From Patescibacteria group bacterium (GTDB lineage Bacteria > Patescibacteriota > Microgenomatia > UBA8517 > UBA10165): DNA of 46,108 nucleotides. This document shows, piece by piece, positions 1-10,784 of this stretch. Location: positions 1 through 46,108 of the forward strand of contig JBBTXW010000035.1 of assembly GCA_038062025.1 (NCBI GenBank), given 5' to 3'. The notes below the pieces were generated by a model. That model saw only the letters and a program-made list of their open reading frames with translations, was not told the origin of the DNA and searched no databases. Each line of letters begins with the position of its first letter. The stretch's first letter is position 1. The position numbers and the translations under genes are program-made.

Positions 1-2
1 TA

Positions 3-1241
3 AAGTTAATATTCTCAAAGACCGCAAAAGATACTGCCGTAATAATGGTTGGAAATTCAATTGCCGCAATTCTTGCTGTCTTGTTTACAATATTTGCCGC
101 CAGATCTTTGGGGCCCGATGGCTGGGGAATTGTGACAGGTGTTATCAGCTTTGTAACGATTGTTGAGGCTTTTGGAGATTTCGGCTTGGGATCAAGTTTG
201 TTTCGCTTTATTTCAAAAGAGTGGAGTGAGGGAAACAGGGAGAAAGCAAAAAGGATTTTAGATTCAGTTTTTCTTCTCAGGACGCTGACGGCTGTAGTAA
301 CAGGGATAATTTTGATCTTTTTATCAAAATTAATTGCAGAATTTATATTCCACACAAACGATACGTCAATAGTTTTATTTGCAACATTGGCAGTTTGCGC
401 TTATTTGTTTATTGATTTCCAAATTGCGACTTTTTTAGCAAAGCAGAGATGGAAAACCGCAGCCTTATTTCTTACTCTTGGAAACGGGATTAGATTTGTG
501 TGGGTGTGGATTCTTTCGCAGGGGAATCCAACTGTAATGGGGATACTGTTTGCTTTTTCAGCAAGTCCGCTCCTGGCATTTTTAATATCTTTGGCATTTC
601 AACCGGTATCTATTGGGTGGCACAAAAAAGAAACGGACTTTTTTAAAACAATCATTCCGTTCTCCGGTTGGGTTGGCATAAACAGAATTGCTTCCGCAAC
701 AATTGCACGAATGGATGCAATTATCATGCTCTCTATCCTGGGAAGCCATGATACAGGAATTTATGGTGCAGCACGCCAACTCTCTATAGGAATTCCAATA
801 GTTTTGGGTAGCGTTGCCTCAGTCCTTGCTCCGCGTTTTGCAACGCTTACCGGAAGCGCTCTAACAAGTTATTTTAAAAAATCGCTACTTCTTTCAACCC
901 TCCTGTCGCTCGGAGTGCTGGCGGGCATCTATCTTGCTCCGTGGATTATTAACTTCTTTGGCCCAAAATACAAAGAATCCCTTCCTGTCCTGCAGTGGCT
1001 GCTTGCAGGCTTCATCCCTTTTGTATTTGCAACCCCAGCAGTAAACGCGCTTATCTATTCTTATAAAAAACCTCGCATTATCGCACTTATTGCTTCGGTT
1101 CAACTTCCAATAATCATCGTGGCATATTACTTGTTAACTCCTCGCGTTGGAATACTGGGTCCAGCATATATTCATGTCGCTTGGCATTTAACAACTATGA
1201 TACTTAGTTTTGTTTTTGTGGCAAAATATCTTAAAAGATGA
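3..1241 (+). CDS. MOP/Wzx-type polysaccharide flippase (5' partial; probably starts upstream of the window)
   Basis: Frame 3 is open from nt 3 with no stop before the first ATG at 45. The protein is hydrophobic and multi-helical throughout. The N-terminal ...FAARSLGPDGWG... segment and overall layout are typical of Wzx/MOP flippases. The stop overlaps the next start (ATGA). Confidence 0.7.
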   Translation, partial: KLIFSKTAKDTAVIMVGNSIAAILAVLFTIFAARSLGPDGWGIVTGVISFVTIVEAFGDFGLGSSLFRFISKEWSEGNREKAKRILDSVFLLRTLTAVVTGIILIFLSKLIAEFIFHTNDTSIVLFATLAVCAYLFIDFQIATFLAKQRWKTAALFLTLGNGIRFVWVWILSQGNPTVMGILFAFSASPLLAFLISLAFQPVSIGWHKKETDFFKTIIPFSGWVGINRIASATIARMDAIIMLSILGSHDTGIYGAARQLSIGIPIVLGSVASVLAPRFATLTGSALTSYFKKSLLLSTLLSLGVLAGIYLAPWIINFFGPKYKESLPVLQWLLAGFIPFVFATPAVNALIYSYKKPRIIALIASVQLPIIIVAYYLLTPRVGILGPAYIHVAWHLTTMILSFVFVAKYLKR

Positions 1242-2080
1242 CAATCACCGCTCATACATTGGTTAAAAATGAGGCACGCTTTGTATGGTATGCAGTCATG
1301 TCGGTAATTAGCCATGTGGATAAGGTTTTGCTTTGGGACACAGGAAGTACCGACGAAACCGCTGAAATAATTGATGAGATATTAAAGACCCCTCAAGGCA
1401 AAAAGAAAGTATATTTTAAAAAAGTAGAAAATGTTACCATCGATTCCTTTCCGATGGTTAGACAAGCAATGCTTGATGAAACGAAAACTGATTGGTTATT
1501 AATGGTCGACGGAGACGAAGTCTGGGGGGAAGACTCAATAAAACTTATGAAAGAAACAATTGAGAAGAATGGAACGACTCTTGAATCTATTGTGGTTCCC
1601 ACTATAAACCTGGTCGGGGATATTTACCATTATCAAGATCCATCAATGGGAATGTATAATCTTGCCGGAAGAAAAGGACATTTAAATCTGCGTGGTGTAA
1701 ATCTCAGCATCCCTGATTTGCACTCATTCGGCTCTCATGGCCAATGGGGCTGGGTAGATAAAGACAATAAAATGATTCAATATAGAAACCCAAAAAAGAT
1801 ACTATATATAGATGCACCATATTTGCATGCAACAAACGTTCCTCGCGCCGGAAGTTTCAAAAAAGAACATGACGTTCCCAAACGTAGTATGAAAAGAAAA
1901 TATGAGTTAGGGATATCTTTTCCACTTGATTTCTATTATCCAGAAGTTTTCTTTCGCCCAAAACCCGATATTGTGCCTTCACCATGGGAAAAAATCGATG
2001 CAAAGTTCAAACTTCGTGCAACTCTCGAAACTCCTTTACGCAAAATAAAAAGAAAGTTTGTCAAAAAGGTGGGGTATTGA
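1238..2080 (+). CDS. GT2-like (GT-A fold) glycosyltransferase
   Basis: N-terminal HTLVKNE...LLWDTGSTDET and a DGDE (DxD-like) motif. Translationally coupled to the flippase. Confidence 0.6.
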   Translation: MTITAHTLVKNEARFVWYAVMSVISHVDKVLLWDTGSTDETAEIIDEILKTPQGKKKVYFKKVENVTIDSFPMVRQAMLDETKTDWLLMVDGDEVWGEDSIKLMKETIEKNGTTLESIVVPTINLVGDIYHYQDPSMGMYNLAGRKGHLNLRGVNLSIPDLHSFGSHGQWGWVDKDNKMIQYRNPKKILYIDAPYLHATNVPRAGSFKKEHDVPKRSMKRKYELGISFPLDFYYPEVFFRPKPDIVPSPWEKIDAKFKLRATLETPLRKIKRKFVKKVGY

Positions 2081-2082
2081 TA

Positions 2083-2775
2083 ATGGGAAATTACCACAGA
2101 GATGAAGTTTACCTTGAAAACCAAGAGTTGTTCAAAAACATCTTCAAGGCAACACTCAAAAAAGTTTTGAATTACAAGAAAAAGGGAAAGGTACTTGAGG
2201 TAGGATCATCAACTGGACTCCTATTGAGTCTTTTTCAAGAAAAAGGTTGGGAAGTGCAGGGAGTAGAACCTTCTGAAAAATCATCCACCCACGCCATAAA
2301 AATAGGGATACCAACAATAAGGACCACCTTTGAAAAAGCCAAAATTACCGGGAAATTTGATGTGGTTGTATTAAACCATGTACTAGAGCATATGAAGAAT
2401 CCGGAGCCTGTTTTAAGGAAAGTTAACCAGTTGCTTAATGACAAAGGAATAGTTGTGGTAAACATTCCAAATGCTGGAAGCCTATCTGCCAAGATATATA
2501 GGGAAAAATGGAAGTATCGTTTGCCTGAAGAGCATCTCTGGCAGTTTACTCCTAACTCGCTAAAGACTTTGCTTGAAAAAACCGGTTTTTCAATTCTATC
2601 GTGGAAGGCAAAATCCGGAATATGGGAATTTGATAATCCGATACTTGAGTTGTGGCAAAGTCTGGTTGGATTCAAAAAGAGGTTTTTTTACAATATCCTC
2701 ACGGCCATACCGACCTGGTTTATTTCGCAATTTAAGATGGGCACTGGACTTTCTGTGATCGTCAAAAAATCATGA
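2083..2775 (+). CDS. class I SAM-dependent methyltransferase
   Basis: Motif I VLEVGSSTG, followed by VVLNHVLEHM and VVVNIPN. The start is placed at ATG 2083, just after the upstream stop at 2080, instead of the overlapping ORF-track start at 1984. Confidence 0.75.
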   Translation: MGNYHRDEVYLENQELFKNIFKATLKKVLNYKKKGKVLEVGSSTGLLLSLFQEKGWEVQGVEPSEKSSTHAIKIGIPTIRTTFEKAKITGKFDVVVLNHVLEHMKNPEPVLRKVNQLLNDKGIVVVNIPNAGSLSAKIYREKWKYRLPEEHLWQFTPNSLKTLLEKTGFSILSWKAKSGIWEFDNPILELWQSLVGFKKRFFYNILTAIPTWFISQFKMGTGLSVIVKKS

Positions 2776-4163
2776 ACCGAAACATCCAGATCCTTTTATT
2801 ACTTTTAACCTTTCACTTTTTACTTTTAGCAAATCTCCAGTTCACTGCCTGGCCAGAAATGCTCTCATATGCATATTTGAAAAATCATGGGTTTTCACTT
2901 TACAAAGATATGATCCACCCATACCCGCCCGTGTTGACACTTACACTTTCATATCTTTATAAAATTTTTGGGCTTAACTTGGGTGTGCTTAAAGCTTTTT
3001 CCTGGACGGTTATCATGTTGTCAAGCGTTTGTGTATGGCTTTTAACTCGTGAAATAACAAAACGAGACAGTATTGCCTTAATGTCGTTGGGTGTGTATGT
3101 GTTACTCCAACCAATTCTCGAAGGAAACATGATGTGGTTTGATATTGCAATTGTGCCACCAATCCTGCTAGGTGTATATTTTTTATTTCGTCAAAATTTA
3201 TTTTGGGGTGGATTTTTTCTTGCTCTGGCAGGTTTCATAAAACAAACAGGGGGAATATTTTATCTCGTAGTATTAGGATGGCTAATTTGGCGCGATAAAT
3301 CGACCCTTTTAAGGCCAGGCCTTAAAAAGCCCTATATATCATTCCTTTTTGGACCTATTATTTTTGGCATACCATTATTAATTAAGCTCATTTGGGAAGA
3401 TGCGCTGATGGGATTTTGGAACTGGGTAGTTTATTATCCAAGCATCTACTGGAGCAAATTCCCCAACTATGTTCAAATGTCACCTGAAAAACTCGACCTT
3501 TTAATCGTAGGAATCATATTGTTTCCGCTATTTACACTTCTTATTAACAAGAAGAAGTTGTGGAAAGACAAAAACCTGACTGTGTTGTCTGGTTTTACCC
3601 TTTTATCTCTAATTTCTGTATACCCAAGATTTTCGTTTTTCCATCTTCAGACAACACTCGCACTATCCTCAGTCGCTTTTGGTTTCATAGTTTTTACAAT
3701 ACCCAACAAACTCAAGATACTCCCAATTGCCTCTGTGGGAATTATTTATCTTTTACTATGGCCACAGCTACGCCTCGAATGGAATAAAGAAACTAGGTTC
3801 TATACCCCAGAAGATCAGATGCTTGCCCAAGAAATATCGACTCTAGTCAAAAAAGACGAACCTGTTTTTCTACAAGGCCTACATTCTAGCTTTTATGTAC
3901 AGGCTGACCGTTTGCCCCCCAAACCTTGGGGTGATAATTTTGGTTGGTATTATGAAATACCGAATATCCAGGAAGAGACAATAAAAAAATGGGAACAAAA
4001 TCCGCCCGAAACAATAGTTTGGCGTATACCTGAACCTGGAAACTGGCACGATCTCGGAACATACGAACCGCAAAAGGTTGTAGTCTGGATAAAAGAAAAT
4101 TACTATAAAGAGAAGGAAATGAAGCCAGGTGTCTGGATTTGGCGCAGAAAGATGAAAGTGTAA
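2772..4163 (+). CDS. polytopic membrane protein, GT-C/ArnT-like putative glycosyltransferase with a Trp-rich C-terminal soluble domain
   Basis: About 10 hydrophobic helices followed by a ~130-aa soluble tail. Operon context with other GT-C proteins. No clear DE motif, so the family call is tentative. Confidence 0.45.
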   Translation: MNRNIQILLLLLTFHFLLLANLQFTAWPEMLSYAYLKNHGFSLYKDMIHPYPPVLTLTLSYLYKIFGLNLGVLKAFSWTVIMLSSVCVWLLTREITKRDSIALMSLGVYVLLQPILEGNMMWFDIAIVPPILLGVYFLFRQNLFWGGFFLALAGFIKQTGGIFYLVVLGWLIWRDKSTLLRPGLKKPYISFLFGPIIFGIPLLIKLIWEDALMGFWNWVVYYPSIYWSKFPNYVQMSPEKLDLLIVGIILFPLFTLLINKKKLWKDKNLTVLSGFTLLSLISVYPRFSFFHLQTTLALSSVAFGFIVFTIPNKLKILPIASVGIIYLLLWPQLRLEWNKETRFYTPEDQMLAQEISTLVKKDEPVFLQGLHSSFYVQADRLPPKPWGDNFGWYYEIPNIQEETIKKWEQNPPETIVWRIPEPGNWHDLGTYEPQKVVVWIKENYYKEKEMKPGVWIWRRKMKV

Positions 4164-5200
4164 TGAAAATAGCATTTCTTAGTTTTTACAGCGGGGAAGT
4201 ATATCGTGGCGTTGAAACCTTCGTACACGAGTTGTCAAACAGGCTCGCAAAGCTTGGACATCATGTGACAGTTTACCAAAATGGAAAACCATTAAACGGA
4301 AGTATGTACGAAGTTTTCTCAACGTTAGTTGTATGGAATTATCCAAAAACCCCGATAAGAAGTTTTACAAAAAAAGTTTTGTCCGAAATTAGCAAAGACA
4401 CAGATGTCATAATTCCGACAAACGGCGGTTGGCAGGTTCTGTTGTCAAGGTGGTGGGCATTCAAAAACAACAAAAAAATGGTAATACCGGGCCAAGCAGG
4501 TCCGGGATCCGATGAAAGATTTAATCTTTATATGTTTCCTGATGTGTTTATAGGCCTTACTGATTTTCAGTGTAAGTGGGCCAAGAATATTAATCCGTTT
4601 GTAAAAGTCAAAAAAATTCCCAATGGGGTTGATTTGTCACGATTTACTAAAGTGGGGAAAGCTCCCAAAATTAATTTGTCTAGGCCCATTGTATTGTGTG
4701 TGGCTGCTTTGGTTCCTGTGAAACGGTTAGGATTAGCAATATATGCTGTTTCTCGAATGAAGAAAGGATCGTTACTGCTTGTTGGTAGGGGAGAGCAAGA
4801 ACAAATCTTGAAAAGTTTAGGGAAAGAACTCTTGCCTAACAGGTTTCAGATACTTTCATTTCCACACACACAAATGCCCCAAGTATATAAGGCTGCGGAT
4901 ATTTTTACATTTCCGACTTCCAAATGGGAGTCGTTTGGAATTGCGATTGTAGAAGCTATGGCGTCTGGCTTACCAGTTGTAGTAACCGACGATCCAATTC
5001 GGCGAGAGGTTGTAGGAAACGCAGGGCTTTTTGTAGATCCAAAAAATGCTGTGGAGTACGCACGCAGTCTTGAAAAAACTCTTAAAAAAGGGTGGGGGAA
5101 CGCTCCAAGAGAACAGGCTGAGAAGTTCTCATGGGATGAAATTGCAAAAGAATATGACAAATTATTTAATACACTTGTGGTGAGCGGAGTCGAACCATGA
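4163..5200 (+). CDS. GT4 (GT-B fold) glycosyltransferase
   Basis: C-terminal E-x7-E region ESFGIAIVEAMASGLPVVVTDD. The start is moved to ATG 4163 (MKIAFLS...), which overlaps the upstream stop. Confidence 0.8.
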   Translation: MKIAFLSFYSGEVYRGVETFVHELSNRLAKLGHHVTVYQNGKPLNGSMYEVFSTLVVWNYPKTPIRSFTKKVLSEISKDTDVIIPTNGGWQVLLSRWWAFKNNKKMVIPGQAGPGSDERFNLYMFPDVFIGLTDFQCKWAKNINPFVKVKKIPNGVDLSRFTKVGKAPKINLSRPIVLCVAALVPVKRLGLAIYAVSRMKKGSLLLVGRGEQEQILKSLGKELLPNRFQILSFPHTQMPQVYKAADIFTFPTSKWESFGIAIVEAMASGLPVVVTDDPIRREVVGNAGLFVDPKNAVEYARSLEKTLKKGWGNAPREQAEKFSWDEIAKEYDKLFNTLVVSGVEP

Positions 5201-6039
5201 AAATTTCAGTAATAATCCCCTCTTTCAATGAAGAAAATTCGATAGGGGAGTGCCTTGAATCATTGCTTAAACAAACCTATAAAGACCTGGAAATAATTGT
5301 CATCGACGACGGATCTACAGACAAGACGAAATCTTTAGTCGCACAATATTCTAAAGAAAATCCTAAAATAACACTCCTCAAAGCAGACCACAAAGGGCCA
5401 GGTCCAGCAAGAAATCTGGGTGCAAGCCACTCTTCCGGCAAAATTCTTGTTTTTGTTGATTCGGATATGACTTTTGAACCTGATTTCATAAAAAAGCTTG
5501 TGGACCCAATTGTGGCGGGGAACACAAAAGGAACCTTCTCAAAAGAGGAATATGTGGCAAAACCTGAGAACGTTTGGTCAAAATGTTGGACTATAAACGA
5601 AGGATGGGAGGAGGATAAGCGTCATCCAAAAAACTATCCCAACAAACAAAAAGTTTTTCGTGCAATTTTAAAAAGTGAGTTTGATAAGGTAGGTGGCTTC
5701 ACTCCAACTGGCGAATATACAGACGATTGGACCCTGAGTGAAAAATTAGGATATTTGGCAGATTCTGCCCCTGCCGCTGTGTTTTATCACAAGAACCCAG
5801 AATCATTGGCCGAAGTTTTTAATCAAGCAAAATGGATTGGAAAAAGAAAATACAAACTCGGTGCTCTTGGAAAAATTATTGCCGCAGTCCGTGCATCCCT
5901 ACCTATTTCGGCAGTTGTGGGCATATGGAAATCGGTAGTTCACAATCAACCGGCATTCTTTGTTTTTAAGCTGGCTTATGATTTTGGAGTGTTTTCCGGC
6001 GCAATCTCGTCTTTGCTAGGAGGCTCAAGCGCCAAGTAA
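5197..6039 (+). CDS. GT2 glycosyltransferase with C-terminal hydrophobic hairpin (GtrB/ArnC-like layout)
   Basis: ISVIIPSFNEE...IIVIDDGSTD...VFVDSDM motifs, plus two hydrophobic segments in the last ~60 aa. Confidence 0.8.
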   Translation: MKISVIIPSFNEENSIGECLESLLKQTYKDLEIIVIDDGSTDKTKSLVAQYSKENPKITLLKADHKGPGPARNLGASHSSGKILVFVDSDMTFEPDFIKKLVDPIVAGNTKGTFSKEEYVAKPENVWSKCWTINEGWEEDKRHPKNYPNKQKVFRAILKSEFDKVGGFTPTGEYTDDWTLSEKLGYLADSAPAAVFYHKNPESLAEVFNQAKWIGKRKYKLGALGKIIAAVRASLPISAVVGIWKSVVHNQPAFFVFKLAYDFGVFSGAISSLLGGSSAK

Positions 6040-6040
6040 C

Positions 6041-7408
6041 ATGAATGTTTTTAACCAGTCCTTCTGGCTTGATGAGGCAATCAGCGTCAAAGCAGCAATA
6101 CTTCCGCTAAAGGATCTTCTATTTGTTTTTTCTCCAGGAGATTTTCATCCCCCACTTTACTATCTGGTTTTAAAATTGTGGATTTCAATATTTGGTACTT
6201 CAGAAACTGCAGTACGTTCGTTATCGTTAGTATTTGCCCTATTGTCAGTTCTACTTTTGTTCTTTATTGCAAAAAAGCTATTTAATAAGTTTGTAGCAAT
6301 ATCAAGTGCCAGCCTTCTTGCAACTGCTCCGCTTCTCTTTTATTACAGTCAGGAGGCGAGAATGTACGCAATGTCTGTTTTTGCAAGCCTTTTGGTTGTG
6401 TGGTGTTTTATTAATATTGTCTATAACAAAAACTCTCGGATGTTAAATTGGGTGTCATTTATAATCTCATCCTCACTACTAATATATACAGATTACCTGC
6501 CGGGGTTGGTTTTACTTTTCTGTGCTGCGTTTTTGATCTTTCAAAAGAAAAGCCTGGGTGTTCACAGATTCGCGTGGATTACTTCTTTTATAACAATCCT
6601 TATCTTATTCATTCCTTGGCTAGCAATATTTAAAAAACAATTGGAAGTTGGCGTGCAAGTTAAACAAAACGCCCCAATATGGTGGGAAACATTGGGAAAA
6701 ACAAATTTAAAACAAATCACCCTAGTTCCTGTAAAGTTCTTAATTGGAAGAATCTCGTTTTATAACAAGTTTGTTTATGCTGCCTTTGTTGGGTTATTTG
6801 CTTTCGAATTTGGAATATCTCTTTGGAACTCTCTCAAAAAATACAAAGAGAGCCATCTTGTATGGCTCTGGTTTTTGATTCCATTATCCGGCGCTCTCAT
6901 ATTCGGTCTTATAATGTCCGGATTTTCCTACTTTAGACTCTTGTTTTTACTACCGCCGTTTTATTTGCTTGTTGCGCATGGCATTTTTCTTGTCAATAAA
7001 AAAACAGGCAAACTATATTTTCGTGTTGGGTTAAATTTGTTGGCAATTTCTATTTTTGCCTTCACTCCACGTTTTTGGAGAGAAGACTGGAGGAGCGCTG
7101 TCTTATGGTTGGAATCCGATGCAAAAGGCCAAAGTGCAATCTCAATATTTGTAACAAAAAGCCAGCAAGATCCATACATGTATTATGCTAAAAACGTGCC
7201 TTCATACGGCCCAGATGGACTCGAGGGGGTGTATTTTGAGAAAATATACCTGTTCCGCTACGTTCAGCCAATATTTGATCCAACTGACCAGGTTCGCAAA
7301 AGCGTGGAAGGTATGGGATTTACAAAAGTGGAAGAACGAGATTTTAACGGAGTAACCGTGTGGAAATATCAAAATGCGAGTAAGAACCTGGCTGCGCCAG
7401 AACCTTGA
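6041..7408 (+). CDS. GT-C fold glycosyltransferase (GT39/PMT_2/ArnT-like)
   Basis: N-terminal SFWLDEA (the DE motif of the first loop), FHPPLYY, about 10 TM helices and a C-terminal soluble domain. Confidence 0.7.
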   Translation: MNVFNQSFWLDEAISVKAAILPLKDLLFVFSPGDFHPPLYYLVLKLWISIFGTSETAVRSLSLVFALLSVLLLFFIAKKLFNKFVAISSASLLATAPLLFYYSQEARMYAMSVFASLLVVWCFINIVYNKNSRMLNWVSFIISSSLLIYTDYLPGLVLLFCAAFLIFQKKSLGVHRFAWITSFITILILFIPWLAIFKKQLEVGVQVKQNAPIWWETLGKTNLKQITLVPVKFLIGRISFYNKFVYAAFVGLFAFEFGISLWNSLKKYKESHLVWLWFLIPLSGALIFGLIMSGFSYFRLLFLLPPFYLLVAHGIFLVNKKTGKLYFRVGLNLLAISIFAFTPRFWREDWRSAVLWLESDAKGQSAISIFVTKSQQDPYMYYAKNVPSYGPDGLEGVYFEKIYLFRYVQPIFDPTDQVRKSVEGMGFTKVEERDFNGVTVWKYQNASKNLAAPEP

Positions 7409-7432
7409 CCTCTCTGGAAGGAAATTATTTAT

Positions 7433-8536
7433 ATGAGGATAGGAATTGATGTATCACAAACAGTGTATGGAACAGGCGTGGGTAATTACACTAAAAATTT
7501 AATAGACCAACTGATGCGAATAGATGAAAGCGATGTATTCGTGTTGTTTGGCGGCTCGCTAAGAAGACGTGGAGAATTCGCAAAATTGTTTCCGCCTAAA
7601 AAAAATACTGAACTAAAAACATCTATACTCTCCTCAACTCTGGCAGATATTTTTTGGAATAAGCTACATACGCTTTCTGTAGAAAATCTGATTGGAGAAG
7701 TAGATGTTTTCCATTCCTCTGATTGGGCTCAGCCCCCGTCAAAAGCATTCAAGGTTACAACAATCCATGACCTTGCGCCCTTAATATACTCCCAATATAC
7801 TCCAGACCGAATTGTAGAAGTCCACAAAGCCAGGCTTCGTTGGGTTGCAAAAGAAGTGGATCGAGTAATTGCGGTTTCTCAAAGTACAAAAGAAGACGCA
7901 GTCGAGCTTTTAAGAATTAACCCCGAAAGAGTTGTTGTAATCCCGGAAGCAGGAGATGCGCGGATTAAAAAGGTGGGCAAGGACGAAGTGTATCGAGCAA
8001 AAGAAAAGTATGGGATTTTTAAAAATTATCTCTTAGTTGTTGGAACAAACCCAAGGAAAAATGTGCCACGAATTATCCACGCTTATAAAAAATTAAAAGA
8101 TAACAATCTCCAACTTGTTGTTGTTGGGAGAAAACCCACAAATGTGGAAAACGACGTTATATATACGGATTTTGCAAGTTTTGATGATTTATCGGCACTA
8201 TACTCTGGTGCATCAGCACTTGTTTACACCTCACTATATGAAGGTTTTGGCCAGCCAATTCTGGAGGCTTTTAAGGTTGGTTGCCCTGTAGTTACATCAA
8301 ATGTCTCAAGTATGCCTGAAGTTGCAGGCGACGCTGCTGTTTTAATAAACCCAACAAAGGTAGATGAAATAGTAGAAGGAATACTTACTGTTCTTAAAAA
8401 TCGTCAAAAGTGGATTAAGAAAGGCAATGCGCGAGCAAAAGAATTTTCTTGGGAATACACAGCCAAACTTACATTAAGAGTTTACAAGGAGGCTCAAAGA
8501 CACAGTCCTGAGCGACTGAAAGGAGTCGAAGGATGA
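7433..8536 (+). CDS. GT4 glycosyltransferase
   Basis: MRIGIDVS... N-terminus and YEGFGQPILEAFKVGCPVVTSNVSSMPEVAG. Confidence 0.8.
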   Translation: MRIGIDVSQTVYGTGVGNYTKNLIDQLMRIDESDVFVLFGGSLRRRGEFAKLFPPKKNTELKTSILSSTLADIFWNKLHTLSVENLIGEVDVFHSSDWAQPPSKAFKVTTIHDLAPLIYSQYTPDRIVEVHKARLRWVAKEVDRVIAVSQSTKEDAVELLRINPERVVVIPEAGDARIKKVGKDEVYRAKEKYGIFKNYLLVVGTNPRKNVPRIIHAYKKLKDNNLQLVVVGRKPTNVENDVIYTDFASFDDLSALYSGASALVYTSLYEGFGQPILEAFKVGCPVVTSNVSSMPEVAGDAAVLINPTKVDEIVEGILTVLKNRQKWIKKGNARAKEFSWEYTAKLTLRVYKEAQRHSPERLKGVEG

Positions 8537-9645
8537 GAATTGCAATTGACGGTAACGAAGCAAATGTTGAAAACCGGGTTGGAGTAAATCAGTATGCAGC
8601 AGAGCTTTTAACAGCCCTCGAGAATCTTCAAGAATCAAAAAAACATGAATGGATAATTTTTTTGGATAAAGAACCCCTCCAACACCTCCCCCAGCCAAGT
8701 CCTAATTGGAAATATATAGTTGGGAGAGGTGGATTATTGGGCAAACTCACTAACCTTTGGTTTGCAAATCCAAAACTAGATGTATACTTTGCTCCTACTC
8801 ATTATCTTCCTCCAATTTCTCCCGTCCCAATGGTTATGAGCATCATGGATCTTGGATATTTGAGATTTCCGAACCAGTTTACAAAACGCGACTTTTATCA
8901 ATTAAAGTACTGGACCAATTTATCTCTAAGAGTTGCAAAAAAAGTCATAGCAATTTCAGAAAGTACAAGAGATGAAATAATTTCTCACTACCCCTGGACG
9001 ATAGGAAAAGTGGAGGTAACACTTCTTGGGTATAACAAAACAAGGTATCGATATCCCATTCAAGGTTGGCGAATAAGAAGAACAAAAGAAAAATATGGAA
9101 TTTTTTGGGAGTATGTAATTTACGTGGGTACTCTAAAGCCCAGTAAGAATGTGGAGGGTTTACTTGATGCTTTCAGGCAATTTAAAAACGCGGATCTTTC
9201 TTTGGTTATTGTAGGAAAAAAAGGATGGCTTTATGAATCTATATTTGAAAAAGCTCACAAAATCGGTCTTGAAGATAAAATTATCTTTACAGACTTTGTG
9301 TCCGAGGAAGAAAAAGCTGACCTCCTCTCGGGTGCAAAATGCTTAGTCTCGCCAAGTTTTTGGGAGGGTTTTGGTATGCACGTTCTTGAAGCTATGGCTT
9401 GTGGTTGCCCTGTCGTTGTTTCAAAAGTCGGCAGCCTCCCGGAGGTAGTGGGCGAGGCAGGCATATTAGTTGATCCGGGTGACTCAGACAGCATCGCAAA
9501 AGGAATCGAATTTGTGGTAAGTCTGCCGGCGAATAAGTATAATCAACTAAGAGGGGCAGTTTTAAAGCAGGCAGAAAAATTCTCATGGGATAAAACAGCC
9601 CGAGAAACCCTCTCTATTTTGAAACAAGCGTATGACTCCGATTAA
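8533..9645 (+). CDS. GT4 glycosyltransferase (paralog of 7433..8536)
   Basis: MRIAIDGN... N-terminus and [31 protein letters not shown]. Confidence 0.8.
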   Translation: MRIAIDGNEANVENRVGVNQYAAELLTALENLQESKKHEWIIFLDKEPLQHLPQPSPNWKYIVGRGGLLGKLTNLWFANPKLDVYFAPTHYLPPISPVPMVMSIMDLGYLRFPNQFTKRDFYQLKYWTNLSLRVAKKVIAISESTRDEIISHYPWTIGKVEVTLLGYNKTRYRYPIQGWRIRRTKEKYGIFWEYVIYVGTLKPSKNVEGLLDAFRQFKNADLSLVIVGKKGWLYESIFEKAHKIGLEDKIIFTDFVSEEEKADLLSGAKCLVSPSFWEGFGMHVLEAMACGCPVVVSKVGSLPEVVGEAGILVDPGDSDSIAKGIEFVVSLPANKYNQLRGAVLKQAEKFSWDKTARETLSILKQAYDSD

Positions 9646-10234
9646 AGACAGATCCGGCCGCAGCTTATCCTCAAGTGAAGTCACAAGAAAAGTTGTAAAC
9701 CGAATTTATAACTATTTTTTAGATATTGAATTGATGCTCCTTAGGTGGATCGGGCATATCCCCCTGCACAGAGTGAGACATCTTGCTTACCAGCTGGCGG
9801 GACTTCGCATGGGAAAAGACTCTACAATCCACATGTTTGCAAACTTCTTCCAACCAAAAAACATAGAAATAGGAACAGACACAATAATTGGGAACAACGC
9901 TTTTTTGGATGGCCGCGCCCCCTTGATTATTGGAAACCACACAGACATAGCAGCTGAGGTTTTAATCTATAACTCCGAACACGACATTAACGATGAAAAC
10001 TTTCAAGCAAGAGAAAACGCAGTTGAGATAGGAGACTATGTCTTTATAGGCCCTAGGGCGATTATTCTTCCTGGAGTAAAAGTAGGTAGAGGAACCATAG
10101 TTGCGGCTGGTGCAGTCGTAACAAAAGACGTTCAGGATTTTGCAATTGTTGGCGGCGTTCCGGCAAAAGTTATTGGAGAAAGAAAATTAAAAGACCCACG
10201 CTATATTTTAGGCCGCGCTCGTCTCTTTCAGTAA
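9632..10234 (+). CDS. hexapeptide-repeat (LbH) sugar O-acetyltransferase
   Basis: Left-handed beta-helix repeats [45 protein letters not shown]. The start is uncertain because it overlaps the upstream gene by 14 nt. Confidence 0.75.
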   Translation: MTPIKDRSGRSLSSSEVTRKVVNRIYNYFLDIELMLLRWIGHIPLHRVRHLAYQLAGLRMGKDSTIHMFANFFQPKNIEIGTDTIIGNNAFLDGRAPLIIGNHTDIAAEVLIYNSEHDINDENFQARENAVEIGDYVFIGPRAIILPGVKVGRGTIVAAGAVVTKDVQDFAIVGGVPAKVIGERKLKDPRYILGRARLFQ

Positions 10235-10235
10235 T

Positions 10236-10784
10236 ATGTCAACGATCACAAAAGTTTTGTTATTAGCAATTTTTCTTGTGGCTTCGATTTACCTTGCAGT
10301 TCCATCTCCAAGATTTCCCAAAATACTTCCTGATGGGGTACAGTCCCTTGAAGAGGCAGATGTTGAAGATTCTCACGAGCGAAGAGCATATTTTACAAAC
10401 ATGCCAAGAAGCGCGGTGATTGATCACTATAAGACAGAGATACAACGTGTATTCCCAATTTCTCTGCCAGTTTACATAGTTTATCATCCTCCTGAAGATG
10501 CATACGTTTTAATAAGAGACCAAACACGAAGCGTGCATCTTCCTGAAATTATTTTTCCATGGAGAGAGTCAGTTTTCGTAAACATCTTCGAGGCAGGGAG
10601 CCCTAAAGATGCAATTGGGTATAGAGGTATTGCTTATGAACGAAAGGTTACAATTCGCTATCTCCCAACCTCTCCACTAGCGAGAATTATTATTCTAGTT
10701 CCGAGCTTAATATTGCTGGTGTTTTTATTATCATCATTTATTAAAGATGTAAGAAGACTAGTAATTTTGTGTTTTAGAAAATGA
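10236..10784 (+). CDS. hypothetical bitopic membrane protein
   Basis: N- and C-terminal hydrophobic helices. No recognisable motif. Tightly packed within the operon. Confidence 0.5.
   Translation: MSTITKVLLLAIFLVASIYLAVPSPRFPKILPDGVQSLEEADVEDSHERRAYFTNMPRSAVIDHYKTEIQRVFPISLPVYIVYHPPEDAYVLIRDQTRSVHLPEIIFPWRESVFVNIFEAGSPKDAIGYRGIAYERKVTIRYLPTSPLARIIILVPSLILLVFLLSSFIKDVRRLVILCFRK

Noticed and set aside
1984-2082. Upstream extension of the methyltransferase ORF (ORF-track start at 1984)
   Set aside because: It overlaps the preceding GT2 gene by 97 nt and encodes an implausible Cys/Lys/Asn-rich peptide. ATG 2083, right after the upstream stop, gives a normal methyltransferase N-terminus.
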